A stretch of 64,000 bases of DNA from an uncultured cyanobacterium (GTDB taxonomy: Bacteria; Cyanobacteriota; Cyanobacteriia; Cyanobacteriales; Nostocaceae): the NCBI GenBank assembly GCA_963740315.1, contig CAVUDP010000002.1, positions 1,984,001 to 2,048,000 on the forward strand. Direction: 5' to 3'. The first letter of the stretch is position 1, and each line of letters starts with the position of its first letter. Under the pieces are notes generated by a model that searched no databases, was not told the DNA's origin, and worked only from the letters and a program-made list of their open reading frames with translations. Positions 39,774 to 52,221 of the stretch are shown in pieces. The translations under genes and the position numbers were made by a program.

Positions 39774-41099
39774 ATGATTCCTTCCAAACGCAGTTACTTT
39801 TTATTAATATTAGGGATTATCATCGCCCCAATTCTATCGATTTTTATCGGCATTCCTAGAAGTATTGCTGTTATTTTAATCTTTGATGCAGTAATACTAT
39901 TATTAATGTTTGTGGATAGTTGGCAAGTACGAAATAATCGCGTTGAAATTACTCGCGAAGTACCCCCAAGACTTTCAATTGGCAGAGATAACCCCGTACA
40001 GCTAACGGTAAAATCGCAAAAATCCCCAGCTATTGTCGAAGTTTGCGACTATTACCCCAGCGGATTTGGCGCATCTGCTGCTATCCGCGCTGTCATTCCC
40101 AGAAATAGCAGCCAAGAATTAAAATATACAGTCCATCCCACGCAACGAGGAGAATTTGCTTGGGGAGATATCCAGGTACGTCAACTCGGTGCTTGGGGGT
40201 TAGCGTGGAATAACTGCAAGATTCCTCAAAGCTTCAAAATCAAAGTTTATCCAGATTTAATGGGATTGCGATCGCTATCTATTCGCTTGACATTAAAATC
40301 ATCTGGCTCGCTGCGTAAACTTCGTCAAATGGGTATTGGTACCGAATTTGCTGAATTGCGAAACTACCGCACCGGCGATGATTTACGCTTTATTGACTGG
40401 AAAGCCACCGCACGTCGGGCTACCGGGTACGGTAATTCACCATTAGTAAGAGTGTTAGAACCCGAACAAGAGCAAACTTTAATGATTTTGCTCGATAGAG
40501 GGCGCTTAATGACGGCGAGAGTACAGAATTTGCAGCGATTTGACTGGGGTTTGAATGCGACTTTAGCTTTAGCCTTAGCGGGATTGCATCGAGGAGATAA
40601 AGTAGGCGTTGGTGTATTCGATCGCCAAATACATACGTGGATTCCCCCAGAACGCGGTCAACATCGTTTAAATAATTTAATCGATCGATTAACGCCAATT
40701 CAACCAGTTTTGATGGAATCGGATTATTTAAGTGCGGTAACGAAAGTTGTACAGCAGCAAACTAGGCGCTGTCTGGTAGTTTTAATCACAGACATAATAG
40801 ACGTTACCGCTTCCACCGAACTTTTAGGCGCACTTACCAGATTATCACCTCGTTACTTACCATTTTGCGTAACATTGCGCGACCCGAAAGTAGATAATTT
40901 AGCACATACCGATTCAATCGAAAAAGGGGTTACAGGTGCTTACAACCGTGCGGTAGCTTTAGATTTATTGTCACAACGACAAGTTGCATTTGCTCAACTC
41001 AAACAAAAAGGCGTACTGGTACTCGATGCACCAGCCAATCAAATTACAGATAAGTTAGTCGATCGCTATTTGCAGTTGAAAGCCAGAAATCAAATTTAA
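39774..41099 (+). CDS. DUF58 (vWA-like) protein
   Basis: TEFAELRNYRTGDDLRFIDWKATAR, LDRGRLM. Confidence 0.9.
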   Translation: MIPSKRSYFLLILGIIIAPILSIFIGIPRSIAVILIFDAVILLLMFVDSWQVRNNRVEITREVPPRLSIGRDNPVQLTVKSQKSPAIVEVCDYYPSGFGASAAIRAVIPRNSSQELKYTVHPTQRGEFAWGDIQVRQLGAWGLAWNNCKIPQSFKIKVYPDLMGLRSLSIRLTLKSSGSLRKLRQMGIGTEFAELRNYRTGDDLRFIDWKATARRATGYGNSPLVRVLEPEQEQTLMILLDRGRLMTARVQNLQRFDWGLNATLALALAGLHRGDKVGVGVFDRQIHTWIPPERGQHRLNNLIDRLTPIQPVLMESDYLSAVTKVVQQQTRRCLVVLITDIIDVTASTELLGALTRLSPRYLPFCVTLRDPKVDNLAHTDSIEKGVTGAYNRAVALDLLSQRQVAFAQLKQKGVLVLDAPANQITDKLVDRYLQLKARNQI

Positions 41100-41139
41100 T
41101 AAATTGGGCATGAGGTATTTTTCCAGCGTCAAGGACATT

Positions 41140-41337
41140 ATGAAAACTATTTCTAAAAGTAAACTTAAAAGCAAACTGCTATTTTTGCGTTTTGTAGAGT
41201 CAGGAGGAAAGCCAGTGGTAAGAATTTCCAGATATGGCAATTCACAGTCAACAGAAGAGTTATTTGGACAAATGCGCGGCAAAGTAAAATATTTTGAGGA
41301 TTTAACTACTCCAACCCAGGAATGGGGGGAATTGTGA
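41140..41337 (+). CDS. Phd/YefM-like antitoxin, apparently shortened and orphaned
   Basis: MKTISKSKLKSKLL...GKPVVRI...FGQMRGKVKYFEDL; AAGGA RBS; no toxin gene follows. Confidence 0.55.
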   Translation: MKTISKSKLKSKLLFLRFVESGGKPVVRISRYGNSQSTEELFGQMRGKVKYFEDLTTPTQEWGEL

Positions 41338-41400
41338 AGAGAGCGGAAGGAGCAGAGAAAGAAAATAATTTCTTATCAATGCCCCATGCCCAATTCTAAT

Positions 41401-42480
41401 TCACGCTTTTAGCATTTTTCGCCAAACGGCAAAGGCTAAAAGCATAACAATTGTGAAAGTTGTAGCAAAAATTACTATCGGAGTCATTCCTCGGATGCTC
41501 ATTCCCAACCAGTTGCAAGCTAAAGTTATCGACCACAGGATAAGCGCTGCACGTCGTTGAGATAAACCCCAAGCTAACAAACGATGGTGTAAATGGTCTT
41601 TTCCTGGCGTGCTAAGGGGATTTTTACCAGCTGCTAAACGCCGTACAAAAACTTGGGTAGTGTCTAGTACGGGCAGTAGAAGAAATGCCACCGGGGGTAA
41701 TACAGATAACACTGTAGTTATTTGTAATTCACCTAAAATACTTGTAGCAGCTAATACATAGCCGAAGAAATATGCTCCCGCATCACCCATAATAATTTTT
41801 GAGGGATGGAAGTTATGGCGCAGAAAGCCCAGTGCGGAACCACCTAAAGCTGCTAAAACTAAAGTTGCTGCCGCACGGTTGGGAAACTGTGCGGAAACTG
41901 CTAACAAGCTCATGGCAGTGATAAAGCTAACTCCTCCCGCCAAACCATCCATACCGTCCATTAAGTTAATCGCATTGGTAATTCCTACTACCCAAACTAC
42001 TGTCAGTAATGTTGACAGCGTAGAATCTACGGGAGTACCAAAAGTTAAATCAAAACCAATATCGTTAGCAACTAGTAAAAGCGCTGTCAGAATTTGCACC
42101 AATAATCGGAAAGAAGCAGGTAAGCCATATTGGTCGTCAATGAAACCTACCAAAACTAATATGGAGCCGCCCAGCAACACGGTTAAAACCTGTGCTAATA
42201 CATTTTCTAATTCAATCGGTCGTAATAAACTAGCAAGGGTAACAGCGGCAATTACTCCTGCATAAATTGCTAATCCTCCCGCATTCGGTAAAGGTTCTTG
42301 GTTCAAACGCCTTGCATTTGGCTGATCTGCCCAACCTACGCGCAAAGCAAATTTACGAATTTTAGGGATTAAACTCCAGGTGACAACCAAAGCTAATAAA
42401 AACGTAAACACGACTGCCAACCAGCCGGAACCGCTAGGGTTGGCAATACCGAGAGATTCAAGGGAACTGTATATATTCAT
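41401..42480 (-). CDS. MraY/WecA-family undecaprenyl-phosphate sugar-phosphotransferase
   Basis: GFIDD, NAINLMDGMDGL, MGDAGA, KDHLHHRL. Confidence 0.92.
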   Translation of the reverse strand: MNIYSSLESLGIANPSGSGWLAVVFTFLLALVVTWSLIPKIRKFALRVGWADQPNARRLNQEPLPNAGGLAIYAGVIAAVTLASLLRPIELENVLAQVLTVLLGGSILVLVGFIDDQYGLPASFRLLVQILTALLLVANDIGFDLTFGTPVDSTLSTLLTVVWVVGITNAINLMDGMDGLAGGVSFITAMSLLAVSAQFPNRAAATLVLAALGGSALGFLRHNFHPSKIIMGDAGAYFFGYVLAATSILGELQITTVLSVLPPVAFLLLPVLDTTQVFVRRLAAGKNPLSTPGKDHLHHRLLAWGLSQRRAALILWSITLACNWLGMSIRGMTPIVIFATTFTIVMLLAFAVWRKMLKA

Positions 42481-42578
42481 CTCCCGATTCCTTCATTTCT
42501 GCCAGTATCCTACATGAGCATCAACTGTATATTAATCATTTTTGTTCCAAATATCTGTAATCTGCACAGCTTCGATTG

Positions 42579-42605
42579 TTAGCACTCTGCCTTCTAGAGT
42601 GCTAA
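42579..42605. promoter_or_regulatory. CIRCE element (HrcA operator)
   Basis: Perfect TTAGCACTC-N9-GAGTGCTAA upstream of groEL. Confidence 0.95.
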
Positions 42606-44315
<1,710 letters not shown>

Positions 44316-44514
44316 TTTAGGGGTTAGTGGTTAGTGGTTAGTTGATAGTGGTTAGTGGCTGGGAATCCATCACAGAAGGCTCAGCAGCTATAAGTTGAAG
44401 CGAGGCAGAGCCTCTAGATAGGCATTCCCAGCATGGAGACTGGGAACGAGTCTAGTAACTAACAACTAACAACTATCAACTATCAACTATCAACTAACAA
44501 CCAACAACTAACAA

Positions 44515-45156
44515 CTAAATCGCTAAATTCTCTTTAGCCCATAAGGCGGCTTGGGTTCTATCTCTTAACCCGAGTCGCCCTAAAATTTGGGTAACGTAGT
44601 TTTTTACGGTTCCTTCGCTGAGATATAAAGTTTGAGAAATTTCTCGATTATTTTTTCCTTGGGAAATTAAAGTTAATACTTCTAATTCTCTTTCGGTTAA
44701 CTTTTCCTGAATCTCGCTTTCTTTAACCGGAATGGGAGGGCGCAACTGAGCAAATACTTTCGGGGCAATAGTCGGACCTAGTTGAGAATGACCTTGATGT
44801 ATGGCGTGAATTGCTGCTGCTAATTGAGGTGCGGGAGTGTTTTTAAGCAGATAACCCAAAGCCCCAGCTTGTAAAGACTGCCAGATATATTCGTCTTCAT
44901 CGAAAGTCGTTAGTACTAAAATTTTAATCCAAGGGAACTTTTGATGAATCTCGCGGGTTGCGGCTACTCCATCGCATACAGGCATCCGCACATCCATAAG
45001 AATTACATCGGGTTGCAATTGTTCGGTAAGAGAAATCGCTTCATTACCATGATTCGCTTGCCCGACAATTTGAATATCTTCCTCTAACGAAAGCAAAGAC
45101 GCTAATCCCTGGCGAAATAGTGGTTGATCATCTGCTAACAATAGCCGAATCATCAT
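44515..45156 (-). CDS. NarL/LuxR-family response regulator
   Basis: ADDQ, DVILMDVRMP receiver; LTERELEVL...GTVKNY HTH. Confidence 0.94.
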   Translation of the reverse strand: MMIRLLLADDQPLFRQGLASLLSLEEDIQIVGQANHGNEAISLTEQLQPDVILMDVRMPVCDGVAATREIHQKFPWIKILVLTTFDEDEYIWQSLQAGALGYLLKNTPAPQLAAAIHAIHQGHSQLGPTIAPKVFAQLRPPIPVKESEIQEKLTERELEVLTLISQGKNNREISQTLYLSEGTVKNYVTQILGRLGLRDRTQAALWAKENLAI

Positions 45157-45344
45157 ATTATTAAGTTTTGGAGATGCTTTTTTTAAAGTATGGCAATATT
45201 AAAATCTTGTTCCCAACGTGTTTAGTTTTGTTACGGAATTGGGCATAAGGGATGGGGAGACAAGAGGAAGAGGGAGTAGGAAAAAATATAATTCTCAATT
45301 AAAAATCTAAAACAAACAAAACGCATCCGTTGTTAAAATCTAAA

Positions 45345-45436
45345 CAGGACTTACGCAACCGCAACCATAAATTAATTATTCCAACCGTTTAGATCCCCCC
45401 AACCCCCCTTTTAAAGGGGGGCTTTGCGTAAGCCTA
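45345..45436. mobile_element. Short MITE-like element with GGACTTACGCA/TGCGTAAG terminal repeats
   Basis: Imperfect TIR plus internal CCCCCCTTTTAAAGGGGGG palindrome. Confidence 0.55.
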
Positions 45437-45483
45437 CTAAAGTTATTTAACTCCTAACTTCTAACTCCTAACTCCTCACTAAT

Positions 45484-46674
45484 TCAATTCGGAATCCAAA
45501 CCCGAATCCGAGTACCTTCACCCAAAGTACTTTTAATTTGAAGTTCTCCTCCTAAAATTTGCACTCTTTCCTGCATTCCCCGCAATCCAAAACCTGTATG
45601 ATGGGCGTTAACTTCAAAACCTTGACCATCATCTGTAATTTCTAAAATAATTCCTTCTCTATTTTGATAACCCTTTATATTTACAACTTTTGCAAAGGCG
45701 TGTTTTTGAATATTGTTAACTGCTTCTTGAACAATACAATACAGTTGATGGCTGGTTTGAATTGGTAATTGTGGTAATTCTGAATTTAAATTAATTATAA
45801 ATGATTGATTTCGTCCAACTTGTTCTACTAAAGTGGCTAAAGCTTGATTAAGATTAAAATTTGTTTGACGTATCGATCGCACTGAATTTCTTACTTTTGT
45901 TAAACATTCACTAGCTAAATCTTTAGCAATATTTAAAGAATTAACAGCTTGATTCGGATCTTTTTCGTATAACCTTTGAGCAAGTTCTAACTGTATATCT
46001 AATGTTGTGAGAGAATGACCTAAAGAATCATGAATTTCACGAGCTATACGACTGCGTTCTAAACTTGCGGCTAAGGTTTCTACCTGTTGGGTTAATGCTT
46101 CTGCTTTTTGACGGCTTTTTTGTTCTGCGATCACTACAAAGCTAAATAAAAGCACAAATACGCTGATTGTCAGATAGGCTGCAATGTTATCAATAACTAC
46201 TCTACGAACGATTAAATTAGGATTATCTAATTCTGCAATTAGTTGAGTTATATTAGCACGACTGAATTCTAATAATCTAGGTATACTAAAAGCTATAAAA
46301 AGATTATTTAATACTCCTAATATAATTGTAATTGAAATTACTTCTTTACGCTTTAATAAAAAACAACTTTTAGTAAGTATAAAATATAGAAATAGCTCAA
46401 AATAAATACCGAATAAAACAGGAATTATTACTACTAATATTTCTAATAAAATATAAAGTCTTCTCTGCCAAATAGGACGATCGATCGGAAATATAAAGCT
46501 TAAAGCTGTTAAAACAATTAACTGAATAAATCTAATATAAGTAGGTATTGGTAAGGAAGAATAATTAGTCTCATCACGATTTAACAAAAAAAGTAAGAAA
46601 TATACAATTAAAATCAACCATTCTACATAACTTACGGTACGACGGATAGATGAAGCAGTTTGGTTAAAATGCAT
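45484..46674 (-). CDS. Intramembrane-sensing histidine kinase (HisKA_3 type)
   Basis: Multiple TM helices, ERSRIAREIHDSLGHSL, QEAVNNIQKHA, DDGQG, GLRGMQER. Confidence 0.92.
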   Translation of the reverse strand: MHFNQTASSIRRTVSYVEWLILIVYFLLFLLNRDETNYSSLPIPTYIRFIQLIVLTALSFIFPIDRPIWQRRLYILLEILVVIIPVLFGIYFELFLYFILTKSCFLLKRKEVISITIILGVLNNLFIAFSIPRLLEFSRANITQLIAELDNPNLIVRRVVIDNIAAYLTISVFVLLFSFVVIAEQKSRQKAEALTQQVETLAASLERSRIAREIHDSLGHSLTTLDIQLELAQRLYEKDPNQAVNSLNIAKDLASECLTKVRNSVRSIRQTNFNLNQALATLVEQVGRNQSFIINLNSELPQLPIQTSHQLYCIVQEAVNNIQKHAFAKVVNIKGYQNREGIILEITDDGQGFEVNAHHTGFGLRGMQERVQILGGELQIKSTLGEGTRIRVWIPN

Positions 46675-46743
46675 AATATTAAAATGACTGCAAGTTAAGT
46701 ATTTTCTATTATAAATATCATCTATTACAAGCTAAATTCGCAA

Positions 46744-46777
46744 CATGACTATAGTAATAAATATGCATGACTATAGT
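46744..46777. promoter_or_regulatory. Tandem CATGACTATAGT direct repeat (22 bp period), putative response-regulator site
   Basis: Exact 12-mers at 46744-46755 and 46766-46777 in the divergent intergenic region. Confidence 0.6.
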
Positions 46778-46838
46778 TAATATTCTTATAAAAATTTCTT
46801 AGTTAATCTATTATTAGCCGTTTTTCAGATCCGAGTAA

Positions 46839-47366
46839 ATGAAATTTCAAATCTTATTAAGTGGTTTTGCGATCGCAAGTAGTCTTTTCTGCTATATCCC
46901 TACTGCTGAAGCGGAACCAGCAGCCATTTTTAAGCCGTTGATTAAAGATATTCGTAATCAATTACCGAAAGGCTTGAGTATGCGTTTACCTGCTTATTTA
47001 CCAGCTTCACCGATAAAACTTTATCCCTACATTGAGTCAGATAGTTCATCTTTTGTTGTCAATATAACATTTAAACCTAACTGTTCTTCTGGATGTACTG
47101 TTGGTGCTATTGCTGCTTTAACACCTGAGAAAGCGAAAAATTTTCCTCCGCAAAAGGTTAAAACTACTTCGATTAACTTAAGTAATGGTATTCGCGGTCA
47201 ATATTTTACTTATGGTAACGATAAGAATAAAGTCAGATATCTTGCGTGGAATCAAGATGGACAAAAGTTTGCGATCGCTATCTTAGCTGAAGCTACATCT
47301 CAAAAAGAACTGATAAATATTGCTCAATCCGCGATCGATGAAGCACCGATTAAAAGCAGTAAGTAA
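46839..47366 (+). CDS. Secreted hypothetical protein
   Basis: Signal peptide ending AEA; MRLPAYLP, CxxxC, LAWNQDG. Confidence 0.75.
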   Translation: MKFQILLSGFAIASSLFCYIPTAEAEPAAIFKPLIKDIRNQLPKGLSMRLPAYLPASPIKLYPYIESDSSSFVVNITFKPNCSSGCTVGAIAALTPEKAKNFPPQKVKTTSINLSNGIRGQYFTYGNDKNKVRYLAWNQDGQKFAIAILAEATSQKELINIAQSAIDEAPIKSSK

Positions 47367-47383
47367 ATTTAATAAATCAACTA

Positions 47384-49279
47384 ATGAAAATATCTACTTT
47401 CATAATTGGTGTTACAGCTAGCATTCTTAGTTTCACAAATCCAATCGTAGTTCAAGCTCAAACTCCCGCACAACAAAATACAACCAAAGAACAACCAGAA
47501 ACCCAAGTTTTGGTATCAGAAGTCACGGTTGAAGGTGTAGAAGGATTAGAACAACTAATTTATCAAGTAATTAAAACTCAACCGGGAAAAACGATTACTC
47601 GCGCTCAGTTGCAGCAAGATATTAATGCCATATTTAGTACGGGCTATTTTGCAAATGTACGCGCTATTCCTGAAGAAACTTCTGTGGGAGTTCGGATTAA
47701 ATTTGTTGTCGAAGCAAATCCGGTATTACGTGCTGTCAAGTTGCAAAGCGATCGATTACCCCAAGAAATTATCAATCAAAGTTTTAGCGAACAATACGGT
47801 CAAATTCTTAATTTCAAACAGTTCCAGGTAGGAATACAAAAATTAAATAAATGGTATCAAGATAACGGTTATGTTTTAGCCCAGGTAATAGATTCTCCTC
47901 AAATTAATCCCGATGGAACTGTAATTTTGCAAGTAGCGGAAGGAGTTATAGAAGATATTCAAGTACAGTTTGTTAATCCAGAGGGAGAAGAAACCAAAGG
48001 GAAAACGCAGAAATATATTATTACCCGTGAAATGCAGTTGAAACCGGGAAAGATATTTAAAAAAGAAGTTGCTCAAAAAGATTTACAGCGAGTGTATGGG
48101 TTAGGAATTTTTCAGGATATTAATTTAAAACTGAATCCTGCAAAAGACCCTCGTAAGGTAATATTAATCGTAAACGTTACAGAAGGTAGAAACTTTAGTT
48201 TATCTCCCGGCGGGGGATATAGTTCCAAAGGTGGACTTTTCGCTGCTAGTAGTGTTAATTTGCGAAATTTGAACGGTAGAAATCAAAGATTGGGAGCAAA
48301 TATCGAGTTAAGTCAGCGAGATTTAACCTTTGATGCTAATTTCACCGATCCTTGGATAGCAGGCGATTCTTATCGGACATCCTACACCGTCAATGCTTTT
48401 AAAAATCGTTCGTTTTCCCAAATATTTGATGGAGGGGAAACAGAAGTAAAACTAGCAAATGGATCTCGCCCCCAAGTTTTTCGGACTGGTGGTAATATTT
48501 CTTTCCGCCGCAACCTCAGTAAAAAAGTATTTGATAAATCGGAATGGGTAGCGAGTGCTGGTTTGAAATATCAGCGAGTTGCGATTCGCGATTCCGACGG
48601 CGATATTAATGCAAAAGATGCTTTGGGAAATAACCTTAGTTTTAGCGGTGACGGTACGGATGATTTGTTAACTGTGCCTTTAAGGTTAGTAAGGGATAAA
48701 CGGAATAATTCATTAAGCCCTACGAAAGGTTCTGTTTTAAGTTTGAGTACCGAGCAGTCAATTCCCATCGGTGACGCAAGTATTTTATCTAATAAATTAA
48801 GTGGTAGCTACAGCTTTTATATTCCCACTCGCTTAACTCAATTAACTGAAGGTTGTCGTAAATCGAACTTAGGAACTCAGCAATGTCCGCAAGCATTTGC
48901 TTTTAATCTTCAAGGGGGAACCGTAATCGGCGATTTACCTGCCTACGAAGCATTTTCTTTAGGTGGTGCCAACTCAGTAAGGGGATTTGGTGAAGGTGAG
49001 TTGGGAACCGCTCGCAGTTTTTTACAAGCATCTGCCGAATATCGTTTTCCAGTATTTTCTCTACTTAGCGGCGCATTATTTTTTGATGCTGCCACCGATT
49101 TAGGTACGGCAGATAGCGTAACAGGTAATCCCGCTGGCGTGCGCGATAAACCTGGTAGTGGTTTCGGTTATGGTTTGGGAGTGCGCGTCAAATCACCTTT
49201 AGGACCAATTCGTTTAGACTACGGTTATAACAATGATGGAGACAGCCGAATTCAGTTTGGGTTTGGGGAAAGGTTTTGA
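47384..49279 (+). CDS. Omp85/BamA-TamA family outer-membrane protein
   Basis: Signal peptide, POTRA-like domains, GGANSVRGF, SPLGPIRLDYG, C-terminal FGERF. Confidence 0.93.
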   Translation: MKISTFIIGVTASILSFTNPIVVQAQTPAQQNTTKEQPETQVLVSEVTVEGVEGLEQLIYQVIKTQPGKTITRAQLQQDINAIFSTGYFANVRAIPEETSVGVRIKFVVEANPVLRAVKLQSDRLPQEIINQSFSEQYGQILNFKQFQVGIQKLNKWYQDNGYVLAQVIDSPQINPDGTVILQVAEGVIEDIQVQFVNPEGEETKGKTQKYIITREMQLKPGKIFKKEVAQKDLQRVYGLGIFQDINLKLNPAKDPRKVILIVNVTEGRNFSLSPGGGYSSKGGLFAASSVNLRNLNGRNQRLGANIELSQRDLTFDANFTDPWIAGDSYRTSYTVNAFKNRSFSQIFDGGETEVKLANGSRPQVFRTGGNISFRRNLSKKVFDKSEWVASAGLKYQRVAIRDSDGDINAKDALGNNLSFSGDGTDDLLTVPLRLVRDKRNNSLSPTKGSVLSLSTEQSIPIGDASILSNKLSGSYSFYIPTRLTQLTEGCRKSNLGTQQCPQAFAFNLQGGTVIGDLPAYEAFSLGGANSVRGFGEGELGTARSFLQASAEYRFPVFSLLSGALFFDAATDLGTADSVTGNPAGVRDKPGSGFGYGLGVRVKSPLGPIRLDYGYNNDGDSRIQFGFGERF

Positions 49280-49671
49280 GGGGGTAGAGGGGGGAGAGGG
49301 AGACAAGGGGACAAGGGGACAAGGGGACAAGGAAAATATTTTAATGCAAAATCTAAAACCGAGAATACTTTAAATCTTTAACTGTTAACTGTTAACTCCT
49401 AACTCTTAACTCTTAACTATCCCCAATTCCCATTCACGCGGAGCGTGCGGGCGTATCCCAATTCAAAATTTCATTTATGCTGGTTTGTTTATACAGAACA
49501 AACTGCTTTTTAATTATTAAGCGAACATTATGAGTTAAGATTGGTCGGTGAGATATCTTGCGAAAAATCAACCAATCTCTTGTGGGGTCGGCATTTTATC
49601 TATTTATGGTAAAAAATTAGAAAATTTCAGAAAAGATTATTCTTTACGTTTTTTTTATCAGGTCAAAATGT

Positions 49672-50815
49672 ATGTTAGAGAAATTATTTCGTCCGACTCC
49701 TAAAGTAGTTGAACCCCACGACGAAGATTTTTATCATCATCCAGGAACAATACCGGGAACTCTTAATATAGATAGAGATGCGGCAGCTACCAAGGTTTTG
49801 TTAATTGATTACAATCAAAATAAAGTAATTTCTAAAAAAATTAATATCCCAGAAGATTGCGCGAAGTATCTGGATACTGAATCGGTGTCTTGGGTAGATG
49901 TGCAGGGTTTGGGTAATATAAATATTTTGCAACGTATTGGCAAAGTTTTTGAACTGCATCCTCTAGTTTTGGAAGATGTGGTAAATGTTCCAGAACGTCC
50001 GAAAATAGAGAATTATGAAGACCAATTGGTGATAATTTCTCGAATGGTGATGCCAACAGAAAATAGTGATGGTTTTCACAGCGAACAGGTAAGTTTTGTA
50101 TTGGGACAAAATTATTTGCTGACGGTGCAAGAAGAACCCACCCTTGATTGCTTCGATCCGGTACGCTTGAGAATTCGCAACAATAAAGGTATTATCCGCA
50201 AACAAGGAGTCTGATTACTTAGCTTACGCTCTTTTGGATGCAATTATCGATGGTTTTTTTCCCGTACTCGAAGATTATGGCGAACGCATTGAAGATTTAG
50301 AAGATGAAGTAATAGAAAATCCGACTCGAAAAACACTGCAAAAAATTTATCGAATTAGGCGAGAATTGTTACAATTACGTCGTGCCATATGGCCCCAACG
50401 TAGTGCTATTAATGCCTTAATAAGGGATAGTAACGAACTGATTAGTGATGAGGTAAGAATTTATTTAAGAGATTGTTACGATCATGCGGTACAAGTTATG
50501 GATATGGTAGAAACTTACCGAGAACTGGCATCGGGGCTGATGGATGTATATCTTTCTGCAATCAGCAACCGAATGAATGAAATCATGAAGTTGCTCACGG
50601 TGTTTTCGTGGATTTTCCTACCTTTAACCTTTATTGCTGGGTTATACGGGATGAATTTTGAATATATGCCCGGTTTGAAAACACCTTGGGGCTTCTGGTT
50701 ATGCGTAGGCTCAATGGTGGCGATCGCAATTGGTTTATTAGTGTTTTTCCGGCGCAGTGGATGGCTCGAAAGTCCTGCCACTCTTAAAGATGTTCGAGGT
50801 GAGCGAAAATTCTAG
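49672..50815 (+). pseudogene. corA: Magnesium/cobalt transporter CorA split by a +1 frameshift near 50209 (pseudogene or sequence error)
   Basis: N-part LHPLVLEDV...RPK; C-part GLYGMNF; removing one base gives continuous KQG-SDYLAYALLDAIIDG. Confidence 0.85.
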
Positions 50816-50833
50816 GGGGTTACATTTAGATAA

Positions 50834-51556
50834 ATGCAAGAAACCACGAGTAATAATCCTAGCTTAGTTGTGCTGACGCTTTATATCATCGGCGTTAGCT
50901 ATGTTTTCAACTTAATGGTTGAATCAATTGACGAAAAAATTAAATTTGCTTATGACAAGAAAACTGTTGACGAACAATTAAAAGAACAAGAACTTGATGA
51001 TAAAGTTTCTATCGCCTTTAAACTATCGCCTTCTTACGATATTGATGGTTTAAAGGAATTCTTGGTTATCCTTAGCAATAAATCCGATAATCTTGCTATA
51101 TATGTTGACTGGGACAACTGTTCTTTTGTTGTCAAACATAAAAACGTATCGCGTCGAGTAATTCGTAAATCACCAGATTTGTCTCGCGATTTAGCCGTTC
51201 CTCAAAGTCCTAGTCTGGTTGCTCCCTCTCAAAACCTCGTAGAAAGTATTGCCACTGAAGACGTATTTGGGCGAGATCAAGAAACCGGAACATATGATGC
51301 AAAAAAAGCTTTAGTTAATATAAGTGGACTTAAAAGTAGTCCGGTGAGAGCGCAAAGAAAGTTATACAAAAATTTTATCAGCAGAAGACAACAAATAGAA
51401 TGTTCTCTTCAGTTGGCACTGAGGTTTTCAGAACTTCCCGTAGGTTTAATACCAGGTCAAAATGTTCCTCCCATGTCCATTATTACTTGTCCTTTTACAA
51501 TTAAAAAACTACCTTGGACTTACGCCCTACCTTGGAATCAAAAGAGAAAAAAATAA
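50834..51556 (+). CDS. Hypothetical protein with N-terminal membrane segment
   Basis: ORF 240 aa, 18 bp after corA. Confidence 0.72.
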   Translation: MQETTSNNPSLVVLTLYIIGVSYVFNLMVESIDEKIKFAYDKKTVDEQLKEQELDDKVSIAFKLSPSYDIDGLKEFLVILSNKSDNLAIYVDWDNCSFVVKHKNVSRRVIRKSPDLSRDLAVPQSPSLVAPSQNLVESIATEDVFGRDQETGTYDAKKALVNISGLKSSPVRAQRKLYKNFISRRQQIECSLQLALRFSELPVGLIPGQNVPPMSIITCPFTIKKLPWTYALPWNQKRKK

Positions 51557-51585
51557 TCTATTACTTTATCTAAACTAGAATATTA

Positions 51586-52040
51586 GGAGAGAGTAGGCGA
51601 GGTGGTTGCAAATTAGTTTTAATAAGCTAATTTGAGGAAAGTCCGGGCTTCCTAAAGACCAAACTTGCTGGGTAATGCCCAGTGCGTGCGAGCGTGAGGA
51701 TAGTGCCACAGAAAAATACCGCCTTTCTTCAGTGAACAGTTATCAGTGAACAGTGAACAGGTAATACTTGATAGCTGATAACTGATAACTGATAACTGTA
51801 AAAGGTAAGGGTGCAAAGGTGAGGTAAGAGCTCACCAGCAGCATCGAGAGGTGCTGGCTCGGTAAACCCCGGTTGGAAGCAAGGTGAGAGGAACTATGGT
51901 TGGTCTTTTTCCAGTTCCGTTTTAGAGAGCCGCTTGAGGCGTTTGGTAACAACCGTCCCAGATAGATAACCGCCCTTGAAATTCGGAGAGAAATTTCCGC
52001 ATTTTTAGAACAGAACCCGGCTTATGTCCGACTCTCTCCC
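51586..52040 (+). ncRNA. rnpB: RNase P RNA (type A) with STRR insertion
   Basis: GAGGAAAGTCCGGGCT, AGTGCCACAGAAA, GGTAAACCCC and ACAGAACCCGGCTTA conserved regions; GGAGAGAGT/ACTCTCTCC P1 pairing; T-run after. Confidence 0.95.
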
Positions 52041-52221
52041 CCTTTTTTTGAAGATGGGGAGATGGGGAGATGGGGAGATGGGGAGACAAGAGGATAATTA
52101 CATATCAATAACTAATAACTTTCCCCCCAAATAACTCTTAACTCCGTGAGCCATGCCCAATGCCTAATGCCCCATTCCCAATGCCCTATCACCTTTAACC
52201 TTTAACCTTTGACCTCAATTA

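Noticed and set aside
51743..51952. 69-aa minus-strand ORF
   Set aside because: Antisense to rnpB and partly STRR-derived
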